Source of the DNA: Burkholderiaceae bacterium
Lineage (GTDB): Bacteria; Pseudomonadota; Gammaproteobacteria; Burkholderiales; Burkholderiaceae_E
NCBI GenBank assembly: GCA_023954045.1
Contig: JAMLIR010000023.1
Location: forward strand, 681 to 64,680
Length of the DNA stretch: 64,000 nt
Reading direction: 5' to 3'
In this document: in pieces, positions 49,210 to 62,466 of the stretch
How positions within the stretch are numbered: position 1 is the stretch's first letter
How the letters are laid out: each line of letters begins with the position of its first letter
Made by a program: the position numbers and the translations under genes
Notes under the pieces: model-generated
Database searches by the model: none
Seen by the model: only the letters and a program-made list of their open reading frames with translations
Told to the model about the DNA's origin: nothing

Positions 49210-50676
49210 CTACATCAGCACGATGTCGTACTGCTCCTGCAGGTACATCGTCTCGACCTGAAGCGCGATCCGCTTGCCGATCAGGTCGCCGAGCGCGGCG
49301 AGCGGTTGCGCCTCCTCCTCGAGGAACAGGTCGACCACCTGCTGGGAGGCGACGATGCGGAACTCGCGCGGGTTGAACTGGCGCGCCTCGCGCTGGATCT
49401 CGCGCAGGATGTCGTAGCAGACGGTGCGCGCGGTCTTGACCTGCCCCTTGCCCTCGCAGGTCGGGCACGGCTCGAGCAGCAGGTGCGCGAGCGATTCCCG
49501 GGTGCGTTTGCGCGTCATCTCGACCAGGCCGAGCGAGGTGAAGCCGTTGACGCTCGACTTGGTGCGGTCGCGCGCCAGCGCCTTGCGCAGCTCCTGCAGC
49601 ACCTGCTCGCGGTGCTCGCCGCTGGACATGTCGATGAAGTCGACGATGATGATGCCGCCGAGGTTGCGCACGCGAAGCTGGCGCGCGATCGCGTGCGCCG
49701 CCTCGAGGTTCGTGCGGAATATCGTGTCGTCGAAGTTGCGCCCGCCGATGTAGCCGCCGGTGTTGACGTCGATCGTCGTCATCGCCTCGGTCTGGTCGAT
49801 GATCAGGTAGCCGCCGGACTTCAGGTCGACGCGGCGCGACAGCGCCTTGGCGATCTCGCCCTCGACGCCGTGCAGCTCGAACAGCGGCCGCTCGCCACCG
49901 TACTGACGCAGCCGGCCCGCCATCGCCGGCATGTAGGTGCGCGCGAATTCCGACAGCTCGGCCAGCGCCTCTGGCGAGTCGACGAGGATCGCCGCGGTCG
50001 AGTCGCCGGCGATGTCGCGCAGCACGCGCTGGCCGAGGCTGAGCTCCTGGTAGAGCAGCGCGGGCGCGGATTCGCGGCGGCTGCCGTCGAGGATCTGCCT
50101 CCAGCGCCGCCGCAGGTAGGCGATGTCGGCTTCGAGCTCGGGCTCGCCGGCCTCCTCGGCCGAGGTGCGGATGATGAATCCGCCTTTCTCGTCGGCCGGC
50201 AGCAGCCCCTGCAGGCGGCTGCGCAGCATCTGCCGCTCGGCTTCGTCCTCGATGCGCTGCGAGACGCCGATGTGCGGGTCCTGCGGCAGGTAGACCAGCA
50301 ACCGGCCGGCGATGCTGATCTGCGTGGACAGCCGCGCGCCCTTGGTGCCCAGCGGGTCCTTGATGACCTGCACCAGCAGCGGCTGGCCCTCGAACAGCAG
50401 CTTCTCGATCGGCGGCGGATGCCCGCCGCCGTTGGTCGAGCCGCTGCGCGACTGCCAGAGGTCGGCGACGTGCAGGAACGCGGCGCGCTCGAGGCCGATG
50501 TCGATGAACGCCGACTGCATCCCCGGCAGGACCCGCGACACCTTGCCCAGGTAGACGTTGCCGACCAAGCCGCGGGTCGCGGCGCGCTCGATGTGCAGTT
50601 CCTGGGTCGCGCCCTGCTGGACGACCGCGACCCGCGTCTCGTGCGCGGTGTGGTTGACGAGGATCTCTTCGGTCAT
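49210..50676 (-). CDS. rng: Ribonuclease G
   Basis: [10 protein letters not shown]1 domain, [22 protein letters not shown]. Confidence 0.96.
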   Translation of the reverse strand: MTEEILVNHTAHETRVAVVQQGATQELHIERAATRGLVGNVYLGKVSRVLPGMQSAFIDIGLERAAFLHVADLWQSRSGSTNGGGHPPPIEKLLFEGQPLLVQVIKDPLGTKGARLSTQISIAGRLLVYLPQDPHIGVSQRIEDEAERQMLRSRLQGLLPADEKGGFIIRTSAEEAGEPELEADIAYLRRRWRQILDGSRRESAPALLYQELSLGQRVLRDIAGDSTAAILVDSPEALAELSEFARTYMPAMAGRLRQYGGERPLFELHGVEGEIAKALSRRVDLKSGGYLIIDQTEAMTTIDVNTGGYIGGRNFDDTIFRTNLEAAHAIARQLRVRNLGGIIIVDFIDMSSGEHREQVLQELRKALARDRTKSSVNGFTSLGLVEMTRKRTRESLAHLLLEPCPTCEGKGQVKTARTVCYDILREIQREARQFNPREFRIVASQQVVDLFLEEEAQPLAALGDLIGKRIALQVETMYLQEQYDIVLM

Positions 50677-51281
50677 CGCGGGGTCTGGCCGGCCCCGCGC
50701 AGCAGCCGGGACGTCTCGTACAGCGGAAGACCCATGATACCGGAGTGGCTACCGTCGATCCGGCGCACGTGGCGCGCCGCGTCGCCCTGGATCGCATAGG
50801 CGCCCGCCTTGTCCATCGGCTCGCCGCTGGCGACATAGGCGTCGATCCAGGCGGGCGGCAGGCGCGCGAAGACGACCCGCGATACGTTCACCGCCGACTC
50901 GACGCGACGGCCGCGCACCACCGCCACGGCGCTCAGCACCCGGTGCGTGCGCCCCGAGAGCATCCGCAGCAGACGCGCGGCGTCGGCGGCGTCGACCGGC
51001 TTGCCGAGGATCCGCCCGCCGACCGCGACGGTGGTGTCGCTGGCCACGATGGGCGCCTCGGGCAGCGCACGCCGGGCGAGCCGTTCGCGCGCCGCTTCGG
51101 CCTTGGCGCGGGTGACGCGCTGCACGTACGCGGTCGGTGACTCGCCGGCGCGCACCGCCTCGAGCGCCTCGGCGTCCTCGCCGTCGTCGGGCAGCAGCAA
51201 CTCGAAGCGCACGCCGATTCTCCGCAGCAGTTCCTGGCGGCGCGGGCTCTTCGAGGCGAGGTAGACGAAGGATTCGTTCAC
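50673..51281 (-). CDS. maf: Maf-family nucleotide pyrophosphatase
   Basis: [28 protein letters not shown]. Confidence 0.95.
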   Translation of the reverse strand: MNESFVYLASKSPRRQELLRRIGVRFELLLPDDGEDAEALEAVRAGESPTAYVQRVTRAKAEAARERLARRALPEAPIVASDTTVAVGGRILGKPVDAADAARLLRMLSGRTHRVLSAVAVVRGRRVESAVNVSRVVFARLPPAWIDAYVASGEPMDKAGAYAIQGDAARHVRRIDGSHSGIMGLPLYETSRLLRGAGQTPR

Positions 51282-51285
51282 GGCG

Positions 51286-51756
51286 TCATTCGCGGTGATA
51301 GGGGTGGCCGGCGAGGATCGACCACGCGCGGAACAGCTGCTCGGCGACGAGTACCCGCACGAGCGGATGCGGCAGGGTCAGGCTGGACAGGCGCAGCGTC
51401 TCGTCGGCGTCGCGCGCGAGCGCCGGATCCAGCCCGTCGGGCCCGCCGACGAGGATCGCGACGGGCCGGGCGTCGTCGCGCCAGGCGGCGACGCGCTGCG
51501 CGAATTGCCTCGTGTCGAGGTCGCGGCCGCGCTCGTCGAGCACCACCACTCGCGCGCCGGCGGGCAGGGCGGCGCGGATGCGCTCGGCCTCGCGCAGCAT
51601 CCAGGCGGCCGCGTGGCCCGAGGCGCCGCGCGGCTCGGCGCGCACTTCGCGCCACTCGACGCGCCAGTCCGCCGGGATCCGCCGGGCGTAGTCGTCGACC
51701 GCCGCACCGACCCAGGCCGGCATCTTCGTGCCGACCGCGACGATGCGGATCAGCAT
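51286..51756 (-). CDS. rlmH: 23S rRNA pseudouridine-1915 methyltransferase
   Basis: [30 protein letters not shown]. Confidence 0.96.
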   Translation of the reverse strand: MLIRIVAVGTKMPAWVGAAVDDYARRIPADWRVEWREVRAEPRGASGHAAAWMLREAERIRAALPAGARVVVLDERGRDLDTRQFAQRVAAWRDDARPVAILVGGPDGLDPALARDADETLRLSSLTLPHPLVRVLVAEQLFRAWSILAGHPYHRE

Positions 51757-51758
51757 GC

Positions 51759-52244
51759 TCAGCCGGCAGCGGCGCGGGGCCTGCGCTTGCGCGCCGGCGC
51801 GCCGGCTGCGCCGGCCGCGGCCGCGCTCGCGCCGGCTGCCCTGGAGGCGGGCTTCCTCGCGTTGGACTTCTTCGCGGCAGGGGCCTTCGAGGCAGGGGCC
51901 CGCGCGATCTGCATCCGCACCGGCTTGGCGCCCCAGAGCTCCTCGAGGTTGTAGTAGGCGCGGATCGCCGGCTGCATGATGTGGACGACCGCGTCGCCGA
52001 GGTCGACCAGCACCCACTCGCCGGTCTCGCCGCCCTCCATCGAGACGACCGTGCCGCCGGCTTCCTTGACCTTGTCGCGCACGTGCGCGGCGAGCGATCG
52101 CGTCTGCCGGTTGGAGGTGCCGGTGGCGATGATCACGCGGTCGAACAGTTCGGTCTGGCCGGTGGTGTTGAAGACCCGGATGTCCTGGGCCTTGATGTCG
52201 TCGAGGGCGTCGACGACGATGCGCTGCAGCTTTCTGAGATCCAT
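51759..52244 (-). CDS. rsfS: Ribosome silencing factor with Ala/Lys/Arg-rich tail
   Basis: ALDDIKAQDI, IATGTSNRQ, WVLVDLGD, YYNLEELW. Confidence 0.95.
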   Translation of the reverse strand: MDLRKLQRIVVDALDDIKAQDIRVFNTTGQTELFDRVIIATGTSNRQTRSLAAHVRDKVKEAGGTVVSMEGGETGEWVLVDLGDAVVHIMQPAIRAYYNLEELWGAKPVRMQIARAPASKAPAAKKSNARKPASRAAGASAAAAGAAGAPARKRRPRAAAG

Positions 52245-52272
52245 CCGGTTCCTTCGGGCCAGCGTGCGACGT

Positions 52273-52929
52273 TCAGGACGAGCCTGCACCCGCACGATAG
52301 AGTCGATGCCGCTCAATATAGTCGAGAACGGCAGGCGGCAACAATTCGGCGGGCCGCTCCCCGCGCGCGAGCCGCTCGCGCAGCGCGGTGGCCGAGACCG
52401 GCACCGGCGCCATCCTGAAGTAGACGATCGCTCCCGAAGGCGCGTCGGGCAGCGCGTCGCGGCCGTGCTCGGCGAGCAGCGCCTCGACCGGCGCGTCGAG
52501 CGCAGAGAGCGGGTGCGTGCCGCGCTGCGTCGCGGCGATGTGCGCGTACTGCAGCAACTCGCGGTAGCGGTGCCAGGTGGCGAGATTGCGCAGCTGGTCG
52601 CTGCCGAGGATCAGCACCAGCGCCGGCTCGGCGCCGAGCTCGGCGCGCAGCTCGATCAGCGTGTCGATCGTGTAGCTCGCGCCCGCGCGGCGCACCTCGC
52701 GATCGTCGACGACGAAGCCCGGCGTCGCGCCCACCGCGAGCCGGACCATCTCGAGCCGCGCGGCCGCGTCGACTCCCGAGCCGGACTTCTGCCACGACCT
52801 GCCGGTGGGGATGAAGCGCACCTCGTCGAGACGCAGCGCCTCGCGCGCCGCCCGCGCGAGCGCGAGATGGCCCACGTGGACGGGGTCGAAGGTGCCGCCA
52901 AGCAGCCCGATGCGACGGCGCGCAGCCAA
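52273..52929 (-). CDS. nadD: Nicotinate-nucleotide adenylyltransferase
   Basis: GGTFDPVHVGH, YTIDT, GSD, VSAT, YIERHRLY. Confidence 0.95.
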   Translation of the reverse strand: MAARRRIGLLGGTFDPVHVGHLALARAAREALRLDEVRFIPTGRSWQKSGSGVDAAARLEMVRLAVGATPGFVVDDREVRRAGASYTIDTLIELRAELGAEPALVLILGSDQLRNLATWHRYRELLQYAHIAATQRGTHPLSALDAPVEALLAEHGRDALPDAPSGAIVYFRMAPVPVSATALRERLARGERPAELLPPAVLDYIERHRLYRAGAGSS

Positions 52930-52932
52930 GGG

Positions 52933-55885
<2,953 letters not shown>

Positions 55886-55959
55886 TGCTCCCTCTCGTGG
55901 CGATTGCGCTTGCTGCGCAGCCGCTGCCGTGATCGAATACCCGCATCGACGAACCCGAA

Positions 55960-55969
55960 ATTCTAGCAT
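55960..55969. promoter_or_regulatory. Overlapping bidirectional -10 elements
   Basis: ATTCTAGCAT gives TAGAAT (minus) and TAGCAT (plus) sharing the central TA; ATG 7 nt downstream on the plus strand. Confidence 0.55.
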
Positions 55970-55976
55970 CGCCGCC

Positions 55977-57494
55977 ATGCCCGAACCCCTTCTGATCGCC
56001 CGCAACAACGAGACCGAGTTGCACCTGCTTCCGGCGATGGGCAATCGCCACGGCCTGATCACCGGCGCGACCGGAACCGGCAAGACGGTGACGCTGCAGG
56101 TGCTCTCGGAGCGCTTCTCGTCGATCGGCGTGCCGGTGTTCGCGGCCGACGTGAAAGGCGACCTCGCCGGCATCTCGCAGCCGGGAACGCTGTCGCCGAA
56201 ATTGAAGGAGCGCCTCGACCGGCTCGGTTTCGCGGTGCCCGATTTCGCCGGCGCGCCGGTCACGCTGTGGGACGTCTACGGCGAGAAGGGGCACCCGCTG
56301 CGCGCGACCGTCTCCGACATGGGGCCGCTGCTGCTGTCGCGGATGCTCGGCCTGAACGAGACGCAGGAGGGCGTGCTGCACCTGGTGTTCAAGATCGCCG
56401 ACGAGCGCGGACTGCTGCTGCTCGACGCGAAAGACCTCCGCGCGATGCTGCAGTTCGTCGGCGACAACGCGCGCGAGTTCACCACCGAGTACGGCAACGT
56501 GTCGACCGCGTCGATCGGTGCGATCCAGCGCGGGCTGCTCACGCTCGACCAGCAGGGCGCCGACCGCTTCTTCGGCGAGCCGATGCTGAACATCGACGAC
56601 CTGATGCAGGTCGACGCGCAGGGCCGCGGTGTCGTCAACGTCCTGGCGGCCGACCAGCTGCTCAACGCGCCGAAGCTCTACGCGACATTCCTGCTGTGGC
56701 TGATGTCGGAGCTGTTCGAGAAGCTGCCCGAAGTCGGCGACCCCGACAAGCCGCGGCTGGTGTTCTTCTTCGACGAGGCGCACCTGCTGTTCAGCGACGC
56801 GCCGAAGGCGCTGCTCGACAAGGTCGAACAGCTGGTGCGGCTGATCCGCTCGAAGGGCGTCGGCGTCTACTTCGTCACGCAGAACCCGATCGACGTGCCC
56901 GACACGGTGCTCGGGCAGCTGGGCAACCGCGTCCAGCACGCGCTGCGCGCGTTCACCGCGCGCGACCAGAAGGCCGTGCGCGCCACCGCCGAGACGATGC
57001 GCGCCAACCCGAAGTTCGACACCGAGAAGGCGATCACCGAGCTCGGCGTCGGCGAGGCGCTGGTGTCGCTGCTCGACGAGAAGGGGCGCCCCCGCGTCGT
57101 CGAGCGCGCGTTCATCGCGCCGCCGGCCTCACGGATCGGCCCGATCACCGATGCCGAGCGCGCGGCGCTCATCCAGCGCTCCGTCGTCGCGGGCGCCTAC
57201 GACAAGCCGCAGGATCGCGAGTCGGCCTACGAGAAGCTCAAGGGGCGCGCGGCGGGCAGCGCCGCGGGCAGCGCGCAGGGCGGGGCCCAGCCGTCCGGCG
57301 CGCCTGCGGAGGGCGGTGGCATCGGCGGCATGCTCAAGGACGCGCTCGGCGGCGTGATGACCGGCAGCGGTCGCAAGGACTCCGCGATCGAGGCGATGGC
57401 CAAGAGTGCGGCGCGCTCGATCGGCTCGTCGCTGGGCCGCGAGATCATCCGCGGCGTGCTGGGCACGCTGCTGGGCGGTACCCGGAAGCGCTGA
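55977..57494 (+). CDS. HerA-like ATPase (DUF853/YjgR family)
   Basis: [33 protein letters not shown]. Confidence 0.92.
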   Translation: MPEPLLIARNNETELHLLPAMGNRHGLITGATGTGKTVTLQVLSERFSSIGVPVFAADVKGDLAGISQPGTLSPKLKERLDRLGFAVPDFAGAPVTLWDVYGEKGHPLRATVSDMGPLLLSRMLGLNETQEGVLHLVFKIADERGLLLLDAKDLRAMLQFVGDNAREFTTEYGNVSTASIGAIQRGLLTLDQQGADRFFGEPMLNIDDLMQVDAQGRGVVNVLAADQLLNAPKLYATFLLWLMSELFEKLPEVGDPDKPRLVFFFDEAHLLFSDAPKALLDKVEQLVRLIRSKGVGVYFVTQNPIDVPDTVLGQLGNRVQHALRAFTARDQKAVRATAETMRANPKFDTEKAITELGVGEALVSLLDEKGRPRVVERAFIAPPASRIGPITDAERAALIQRSVVAGAYDKPQDRESAYEKLKGRAAGSAAGSAQGGAQPSGAPAEGGGIGGMLKDALGGVMTGSGRKDSAIEAMAKSAARSIGSSLGREIIRGVLGTLLGGTRKR

Positions 57495-57590
57495 TCGCGG
57501 CGCCGGCGGTCACCGCGGCGGCGGGTCGGTGCGCGGCGGCCCGCGGCACGCGCGTGGCACCATCGCGCTTTCACGTTCAGGAGTTCGACG

Positions 57591-58370
57591 ATGGACCTCG
57601 GCATAGCCGGAAAGTGGGCGCTCGTCTGCGGCGCCAGCAAGGGGCTCGGATACGGCTGCGCGCTGTCGCTGGCGCGCGAAGGCGTCAACCTGGTGATCAA
57701 CGCGCGCACGCCGGGGCCGCTGGCCGAGGCCGCGCAGCGCATCGGCGACGAGTCCGGCGTGACCGTCGTCGCGGTGGCCTGCGACATCACGACGCAGTCC
57801 GGCCGCGACGAGGCGCTGTCGGCCTGCCCGCAGGTGGACATCCTGGTGACCAACGCCGGCGGCCCGCCGCCCGGAGACTTCCGCAAGTTCACCCGCGACG
57901 ACTGGATCCGCGCGCTCGACGCGAACATGCTCGCGCCGATCGAGCTGATCAAGGCGACCGTCGACCCGATGATCGAGCGGCGCTTCGGGCGCATCGTCAA
58001 CGTCACGTCGGGCGCGGTGAAGGCGCCGATGCACATCCTCGGCCTGTCCAACGGCGCGCGCTCGGGCCTCACCGGCTTCGTCGCCGGTCTCGCGAGAACG
58101 ACGGTCTCGCACAACGTGACGATCAACAACCTGCTGCCCGGCTTCCACGACACCGACCGCGTGCGCAGCGTGATCGGCGCGCAGGCGAAGGCGCAGGGCA
58201 TCAGCTACGAGGACGCGATCCGGCAGCGGATCGCGACCATCCCCGCCGGACGGATCGGAGACCCCTGGGAGTTCGGCCAGGCCTGCGCGTTCCTGTGCAG
58301 CGCGCAGGCGGGCTGGATCACCGGGCAGAACCTGCTGATCGACGGCGGCGCGTACCCGGGCACCTTCTGA
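57591..58370 (+). CDS. Atypical SDR oxidoreductase
   Basis: GASKGLG, TNAGGP; SNGAR replaces YxxxK. Confidence 0.88.
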   Translation: MDLGIAGKWALVCGASKGLGYGCALSLAREGVNLVINARTPGPLAEAAQRIGDESGVTVVAVACDITTQSGRDEALSACPQVDILVTNAGGPPPGDFRKFTRDDWIRALDANMLAPIELIKATVDPMIERRFGRIVNVTSGAVKAPMHILGLSNGARSGLTGFVAGLARTTVSHNVTINNLLPGFHDTDRVRSVIGAQAKAQGISYEDAIRQRIATIPAGRIGDPWEFGQACAFLCSAQAGWITGQNLLIDGGAYPGTF

Positions 58371-58397
58371 GTGCCGCGCGGGCGCCGCACGCGGGAG

Positions 58398-59084
58398 TCA
58401 GGCCGGCAACTCGCGCGCGGGGGCCGCGCGATTGCGGCTCGCGGCCAGGTACGAGTCGAGCGTGTCCCGGATGTGTGCGGCGAGCAATTCCTGAGACCGG
58501 GCGACGTCGGCGGTGCGGATCCTGCGGACGATGCGGGCGTGGTTCGCCTGGCACTCGCCGACGCGCTCGTTTCCCTCGGGAAGGCGCGCGCGCAGCGCGC
58601 TGATCTTGTGCGCGACCAGTTCGTACGAAGCCTGCAGGTAGGGATTGCCGCAGCAGGCGAGCAGGGTCTCGTGGAACGCCTGGTCGAGCTTCGGAAGTGA
58701 CTTCAGGTCGTGCGCGGCGTGGGCGTCGGCCATGTCGCGCACGTTGCTGTCGAGGCGGGCCAGGAGCTCGGCGGAGTGGCCTCGCATCGCTTCGCCCAGT
58801 GCGGCGGTTTCGATGATCTCGCGGAACCGGCAGACCTCGGCCACGCCCGCCTCGTCGAGGCTGAACACGTAGGTGCCGCGCTGCGGGTGGATCTCGACCA
58901 GCCCCTCGGTCTGCAGCCGAAGAAGCGCTTCGCGCACCGGCGTCTTGCTGATCCCCATGCGCGCGGCGAGCGAGGCCTCCGAGAGCTGCTCGCCGAACGC
59001 GTACTGCCCGTCGACGATCGCTTCGCGGATCCGCTCGATCGCGATCTCGGTCAGCGTCTTCGGCCGTTCGACCCGGTTCACCAT
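58398..59084 (-). CDS. GntR/FCD-family regulator
   Basis: QLSEASLAARMGISKTPVREAL; DQAFH, NH in the FCD domain. Confidence 0.92.
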   Translation of the reverse strand: MVNRVERPKTLTEIAIERIREAIVDGQYAFGEQLSEASLAARMGISKTPVREALLRLQTEGLVEIHPQRGTYVFSLDEAGVAEVCRFREIIETAALGEAMRGHSAELLARLDSNVRDMADAHAAHDLKSLPKLDQAFHETLLACCGNPYLQASYELVAHKISALRARLPEGNERVGECQANHARIVRRIRTADVARSQELLAAHIRDTLDSYLAASRNRAAPARELPA

Positions 59085-59155
59085 GGCATTGCGCTTCGTT
59101 CGCCCGATTGTAACTGCGGCGGGCGTTGCGCTCGGCCGTTGCCGGACACGATGCG

Positions 59156-60076
59156 TCACCCCGACGCGAGGAGCCGGCGCACCGCGTCGGGACGCGGCAG
59201 CGGCGCGACCGCGCCGAATCCGGTGGTGGAGAGCGCGGCGGCGGCATTGGCGTAGCGCGCCGCGTCCCAGACCGTGTCGCCGGCAGCGATCCGCGCCAGG
59301 CACGCGCCGCAGAAGCAGTCTCCGGCCCCGGTCGCGTCCACCGCTTCGACGCGGTGACCGTCGATGCGCTCGCTTAGCGACCCGTCGCTCACCAGCGCGC
59401 CGTCGGCGCCCAGCTTCAGGAATACCGTCCTCGCCCCCAATCGGTGACACCAGTCGAGGATCGCGTACGGGTCGTCCAGTCCGGACAGTGCGGCGGCGTC
59501 CTCGAGGCTGGGGAAAAAGTAGTCGGCCATCGCGGCGGTTGCCGCGATCGTCGCGCGGGCGCGCGCGAGCGGCCACAGCTTCAGGCGAAGGTTCGAGTCG
59601 AAGGAAATCCGGGCGCCGGCGCCGCGCGCGGTCTCGAACGCGTGCAGCACCGCGTCGCAGGCGCTGCTGGAGATCGCCTCGCTGATCCCGGAGGCGTGGA
59701 CGATGCGGGCTTCGCGCAGCAGCGCGACCGGCAGGTCTTCGGGGCGCATGCGGCTGGCGGCCGAGCCTGCGCGCAGGTAGCTGAACGAGTGGCCGTCGCG
59801 GTCGTGCGTGACGAAGTAGACGGCAGTGTGCGCTTGCGGGTCGAACTCGACGGAGTCCGCGTCGACCCCTTCGCGACGCCAGAGGTCGGCGAACATGCGG
59901 CCGAATGCGTCGTCGCCCAGCCGGGTGAAGTACGCGGCGCGCGCGCCCGAGCGCGCCGCCGCGATGATCATGTTCGAGGTGTCGCCGCCGAAGCCCTGCA
60001 GGTAGCGCGGCTCGTCGGGCGACACCCGGTTGAACTCGATCATCGGTTCGCCGATCGCGAGGATGTCCGGCGTCAT
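59156..60076 (-). CDS. PfkB sugar kinase (2-keto-3-deoxygluconate kinase-like)
   Basis: GGDTSN, DSNLRLKLW, DATGAGDCF. Confidence 0.88.
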   Translation of the reverse strand: MTPDILAIGEPMIEFNRVSPDEPRYLQGFGGDTSNMIIAAARSGARAAYFTRLGDDAFGRMFADLWRREGVDADSVEFDPQAHTAVYFVTHDRDGHSFSYLRAGSAASRMRPEDLPVALLREARIVHASGISEAISSSACDAVLHAFETARGAGARISFDSNLRLKLWPLARARATIAATAAMADYFFPSLEDAAALSGLDDPYAILDWCHRLGARTVFLKLGADGALVSDGSLSERIDGHRVEAVDATGAGDCFCGACLARIAAGDTVWDAARYANAAAALSTTGFGAVAPLPRPDAVRRLLASG

Positions 60077-60125
60077 GGTGCGACTCGGGCCTTGCTGCGC
60101 GGGTGTCGGGCGGGGCGGCGGACGC

Positions 60126-60776
60126 TCAGATGCGACCGTACTTCGCGAGGCCCTGCCGCAGCGACCTCGCCTCGACGATCAGCCGCGCCTGCTCGAGCTC
60201 GCGCCGGTCGATCTCGCGCGCCATCTCGAGCACTTCCGGGCAGCGCGCGCGCGGAACGACCACTACGCCGTCGATGTCGCCGATGATCATGTCGCCAGGA
60301 TTGACCTCGATGCCGCCGCAGACCACCGGTACGTTCGAGGCGACGGTGCGGTGGCGGCCGACCGTCGTTCCCGGGGACACCGAGCGTGCGATGACGGGGA
60401 AGTCGTAGTCGCGGCGGATCTCGGCGATGTCGCGCACGCCGCCGTCGAGCACCGCGCCAGCCATCCCGCGCGCCCAGGCGCCGGCGGTCATCAGTCCGCC
60501 CCAGACCGCGACGTCGGCGTCTGCGCCGATCGCGATGACGATGACGCTGCCGGGCGCCGCCTCGTCGATCAGGTCGAGCGCGTGCTGCGGCGGCACCGAC
60601 TCGGTGGTCGGCTCCTCGAGCACGGTGACCGCCGGCCCGACGATCCGCCGCTCGTTGATGCGCGGCTTCAGTTCGTGCTCCATGTAGCCGCGCCGACCGC
60701 AGACGCGATCGACCGCGTCGGCCAACGAGGCCGTCGCCACCTCGCCGAATCCCTTGACCAGTTCTTCAAGTGTCAT
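60126..60776 (-). CDS. RraA-like / HMG aldolase family protein
   Basis: ASLADA, VGPAVTV, VWGGLM, DGGVRD, GDIDGVVV; start set at ATG 60776 (GGAG RBS), alternative 60788. Confidence 0.88.
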   Translation of the reverse strand: MTLEELVKGFGEVATASLADAVDRVCGRRGYMEHELKPRINERRIVGPAVTVLEEPTTESVPPQHALDLIDEAAPGSVIVIAIGADADVAVWGGLMTAGAWARGMAGAVLDGGVRDIAEIRRDYDFPVIARSVSPGTTVGRHRTVASNVPVVCGGIEVNPGDMIIGDIDGVVVVPRARCPEVLEMAREIDRRELEQARLIVEARSLRQGLAKYGRI

Positions 60777-60777
60777 C

Positions 60778-61437
60778 TCATGCTCCATGCGATGCGTATT
60801 GCAGGTACCTGCGCCCGCGTTCGATCGCCGCGGCGCGGTCGCCGCGCGCCAGTGCGGCGCGATCGACGAGCTGGCTGCCAGCGCCCACCAGCGCCGCGCC
60901 GGCGCGCAGGTACGAGGCGACCTGTGCGTCGTCGATGCCGCCGGTCGGGCACAGCGGCACGCCCGGGAATACCGAGGCGAGCGCCGCCAGGTGCGCCGGC
61001 CCGCCGGTCGACGCCGGAAAGACCTTCACGACGTCGGCGCCTTCGTCGATCGCCGCCGCGACTTCGCCCGGCGTGAACGCGCCTACCAGCGCGACGCGCC
61101 CGGCCTGCGCGCAGCGCCGTGCGAGGCCCGGCACGACGTACGGCGAGACGATGAACGACGCGCCGCGCGCGAGGCAGGCGTCGACGCGCGCCAGGTCGGT
61201 GACCGTTCCGGCGCCGACCAGGCTGTCGGGGCGTTCGCGCGCGAGCTGCTCGATCAGCGCCTCGGCGCCGGGCGTCGTCATCGTGACCTCGAAGACGCGA
61301 AAGCCGGCCTCGTGCAGGCAGTCGACCGCCGCCAGCGTGATCCCGGCGTCGGGCAGCCGCAGCACCGGCAGCACGCGCTGCGCGCACAGCCGCGCGAGCA
61401 GCGCCGCGCGTCCGGTGGGCGCCGTCGGCGGGTGCAT
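60778..61437 (-). CDS. eda: KDPG/KHG aldolase
   Basis: EVT, VGAGTV, FIVSP, GAFTPGE, VKVFPA, PTGGI. Confidence 0.85.
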   Translation of the reverse strand: MHPPTAPTGRAALLARLCAQRVLPVLRLPDAGITLAAVDCLHEAGFRVFEVTMTTPGAEALIEQLARERPDSLVGAGTVTDLARVDACLARGASFIVSPYVVPGLARRCAQAGRVALVGAFTPGEVAAAIDEGADVVKVFPASTGGPAHLAALASVFPGVPLCPTGGIDDAQVASYLRAGAALVGAGSQLVDRAALARGDRAAAIERGRRYLQYASHGA

Positions 61438-62444
61438 CACTTCTTCGTCGCCTCGATCGCCTTGAACAGGCTGTCGACATAGTTCTTGCCGATTTCCTGT
61501 TCGGCCCATGCGCGCACCGGCGGTTGCGCCAGCTTGCGGAACTCGCCGATCTGGGCGGGCGTGAGCTCGGTCACCTGCATGCCGACCTTCTCGAGGATCG
61601 CCTTGGCGTTGAGGTCCTGGTCGGCGGTCATCCTGCGGTGGATCGCGATGGCTTTCTTCACGCCTTCGTCGACCGCCTTGCGCTCGACCGGCGTCAGCGA
61701 CTGGTAGAAGCGCTCGTTGATCAGGTAGCCGTGCACGCTCCAGACGTGGCCGTCGAGCGTGATGTACTTCTGGTGCTGGTACAGGCTCGCGGCGAGGATG
61801 TTGGTCACACCGTTTTCCTGTCCGTCGACGACCTTCTGCTGCAGCGCGGCCGGCAGCTCGGCCCACGGGATCGCCGACGGCGACGCGCCGAGCGATTCGA
61901 CCAGCGTCTTGTAGACCGGCGAGGGCTGGATGCGGATCTTCATCCCCTTCATGTCGGCCGGCGTATGGATCGGCCGCAGGCTGTTCGTGAAGTGGCGCAC
62001 GCCGTTGTCGGCCAGGCCGAGCAGCCGGATGCCCTGCTTCCTGATCATGTCGTCGGAGAACTCCTTCAGCCACGGGCTGTCGTAGACGCGCCAGGCGTGC
62101 GCGTGGTCCTGGTACAGGAACGGAATCCCGAGAATGCCGATCGGCTTGTGGACCGTGGCGATCGCGCCGTCGTGCGCGACGGCGAGCTCGAGCGTGCCGA
62201 GCTTGACGGCCTCCATCGTCGGCTGGTCCTTGCCGAACTGGCCGGCCGGGAAGATCTCGACCTTGATCGAGCCGTTGGTCGCCTTCTCGACGTGCTCCTT
62301 GAAGGCGAGCGCTGCGACGTGCTTGGGCTGGTCGTCCTTGGCGGGCTGGAAGTGCGCGTACTTCAGGACCTTCTGCGCGTGGACGGCCGGCGTGGCGACC
62401 ATCAGGGCCGCCGCGAATGCGGCGAGCAGGAATCGTGGCTTCAT
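61437..62444 (-). CDS. dctP: TRAP substrate-binding protein
   Basis: Signal peptide; MKGMKIRIQ, ELPAALQQKVVDGQEN. Confidence 0.93.
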   Translation of the reverse strand: MKPRFLLAAFAAALMVATPAVHAQKVLKYAHFQPAKDDQPKHVAALAFKEHVEKATNGSIKVEIFPAGQFGKDQPTMEAVKLGTLELAVAHDGAIATVHKPIGILGIPFLYQDHAHAWRVYDSPWLKEFSDDMIRKQGIRLLGLADNGVRHFTNSLRPIHTPADMKGMKIRIQPSPVYKTLVESLGASPSAIPWAELPAALQQKVVDGQENGVTNILAASLYQHQKYITLDGHVWSVHGYLINERFYQSLTPVERKAVDEGVKKAIAIHRRMTADQDLNAKAILEKVGMQVTELTPAQIGEFRKLAQPPVRAWAEQEIGKNYVDSLFKAIEATKK

Positions 62445-62466
62445 GACGTCTCCTTGTGGGTGTTGA

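Noticed and set aside
55977-57494. HerA-like ATPase as an anti-phage or NurA-HerA system
   Set aside because: It is the widespread DUF853/YjgR type, with no nuclease or SIR2 partner adjacent.
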